A stretch of 25,144 bases of DNA from a virus (Duplodnaviria > Caudoviricetes): IMG/VR virus record IMGVR_UViG_3300011335_000381, positions 1 to 25,144 of that record; one strand, written 5' to 3'. Shown here in pieces: positions 24,720 through 25,144 of this stretch; positions within the stretch are counted from its first letter, which is position 1; each line of letters begins with the position of its first letter. The notes beneath the pieces were generated by a model, which was given only the letters and a program-made list of their open reading frames with translations, made no database searches and was not told the origin of the DNA. The position numbers and the translations under genes are program-made.

Positions 24720-24769
24720 CTCTTACCGCCAACTCGGCACTTGTGCAACAGGTTCTGTTGTCGTATATC
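24720..24769. promoter_or_regulatory. Divergent promoter pair with operator-like inverted repeat
   Basis: Plus strand TTGTGC-N17-TATATC (24741-24769). Minus strand TTGCAC-N17-TAAGAG (24748-24720). Inverted repeat CAACAG-gtt-CTGTTG (24746-24760). Confidence 0.5.
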
Positions 24770-24797
24770 GGGGGCTCAGACGGTAAACGAGGGTAGG

Positions 24798-25144
24798 ATG
24801 GCAGCGCACAGCAATATCGTCGGCGGCTCGACCGCCAAGCGGGTCATGGCCTGCCCCGGCTCCGTGGCGCTCTGCCAGAAGATGCCCGAGCGCCCGTCCT
24901 CCCGCTACGCCGACGAGGGCACCCTCTGCCACACCATCATGGAGGGCGTACTGGCCGGCGACCGCAAGCCCGAGGACTACCTGGGCGACACGCTGGGCGG
25001 CGTCACCGTGACCGAGGATCTGATCGACCGGAAGATCCGCCCGGCTCTGGCTGCGCTGAGTGAGATCGACCCGAACTTCGACATGACCTACGAGTGCGAG
25101 GTCGTCGTCGGCTTCGGTGACGCCCTGCCCGGCGTCTTCGGGTC
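24798..25144 (+). CDS. DUF2800-family Cas4-like PD-(D/E)XK nuclease (5' part, runs off window)
   Basis: MAAHSNIVGGSTAKRVMACPGSV...YADEGTLCH...ECEVVVGFGDALPGVFG. GAGG RBS. Open to the end of the window. Confidence 0.85.
   Translation, partial: MAAHSNIVGGSTAKRVMACPGSVALCQKMPERPSSRYADEGTLCHTIMEGVLAGDRKPEDYLGDTLGGVTVTEDLIDRKIRPALAALSEIDPNFDMTYECEVVVGFGDALPGVFG

Noticed and set aside
24798-25144. CRISPR-associated cas4
   Set aside because: A stand-alone DUF2800 nuclease in a phage replication context, with no cas genes or array.

Overview
This window is about 25 kb of a GC-rich, tailed dsDNA phage with P22-like podovirus morphogenesis genes. The host cannot be determined, though promoter shapes hint at Alphaproteobacteria. 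From left to right it holds a small leftward gene and a repeat-rich, AT-cored non-coding region (about 420-1080, probable origin and packaging region). A rightward late operon follows: TerS, TerL, several small accessory and basic proteins, P22-type portal, a ferritin/Dps-like protein, an inserted fibre cassette, scaffold, P22-type coat, probable decoration protein, gp4-like and gp10-like tail proteins, a glycine-rich tail fibre with chaperone and cupin, a GNAT, three ejection proteins (one with a lysozyme-like domain), two small membrane proteins and a GH19 endolysin. The right end carries leftward VRR-NUC and SNF2-type helicase genes diverging from a truncated DUF2800 (Cas4-like) nuclease. 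No tRNA, rRNA, CRISPR array, integrase or reverse transcriptase is seen. The best leads are (i) a second fibre cassette between portal and scaffold whose 53-aa partner shares a doubled LxxExG peptide with an insert in the gp10-like tail hub, suggesting a shared fibre-docking system, (ii) the inverted iteron and 8-bp-periodic arrays upstream of terS, and (iii) a hairpin plus possible pseudoknot leader in front of the scaffold gene. All family assignments come from recognised motifs and gene order, not from database searches.
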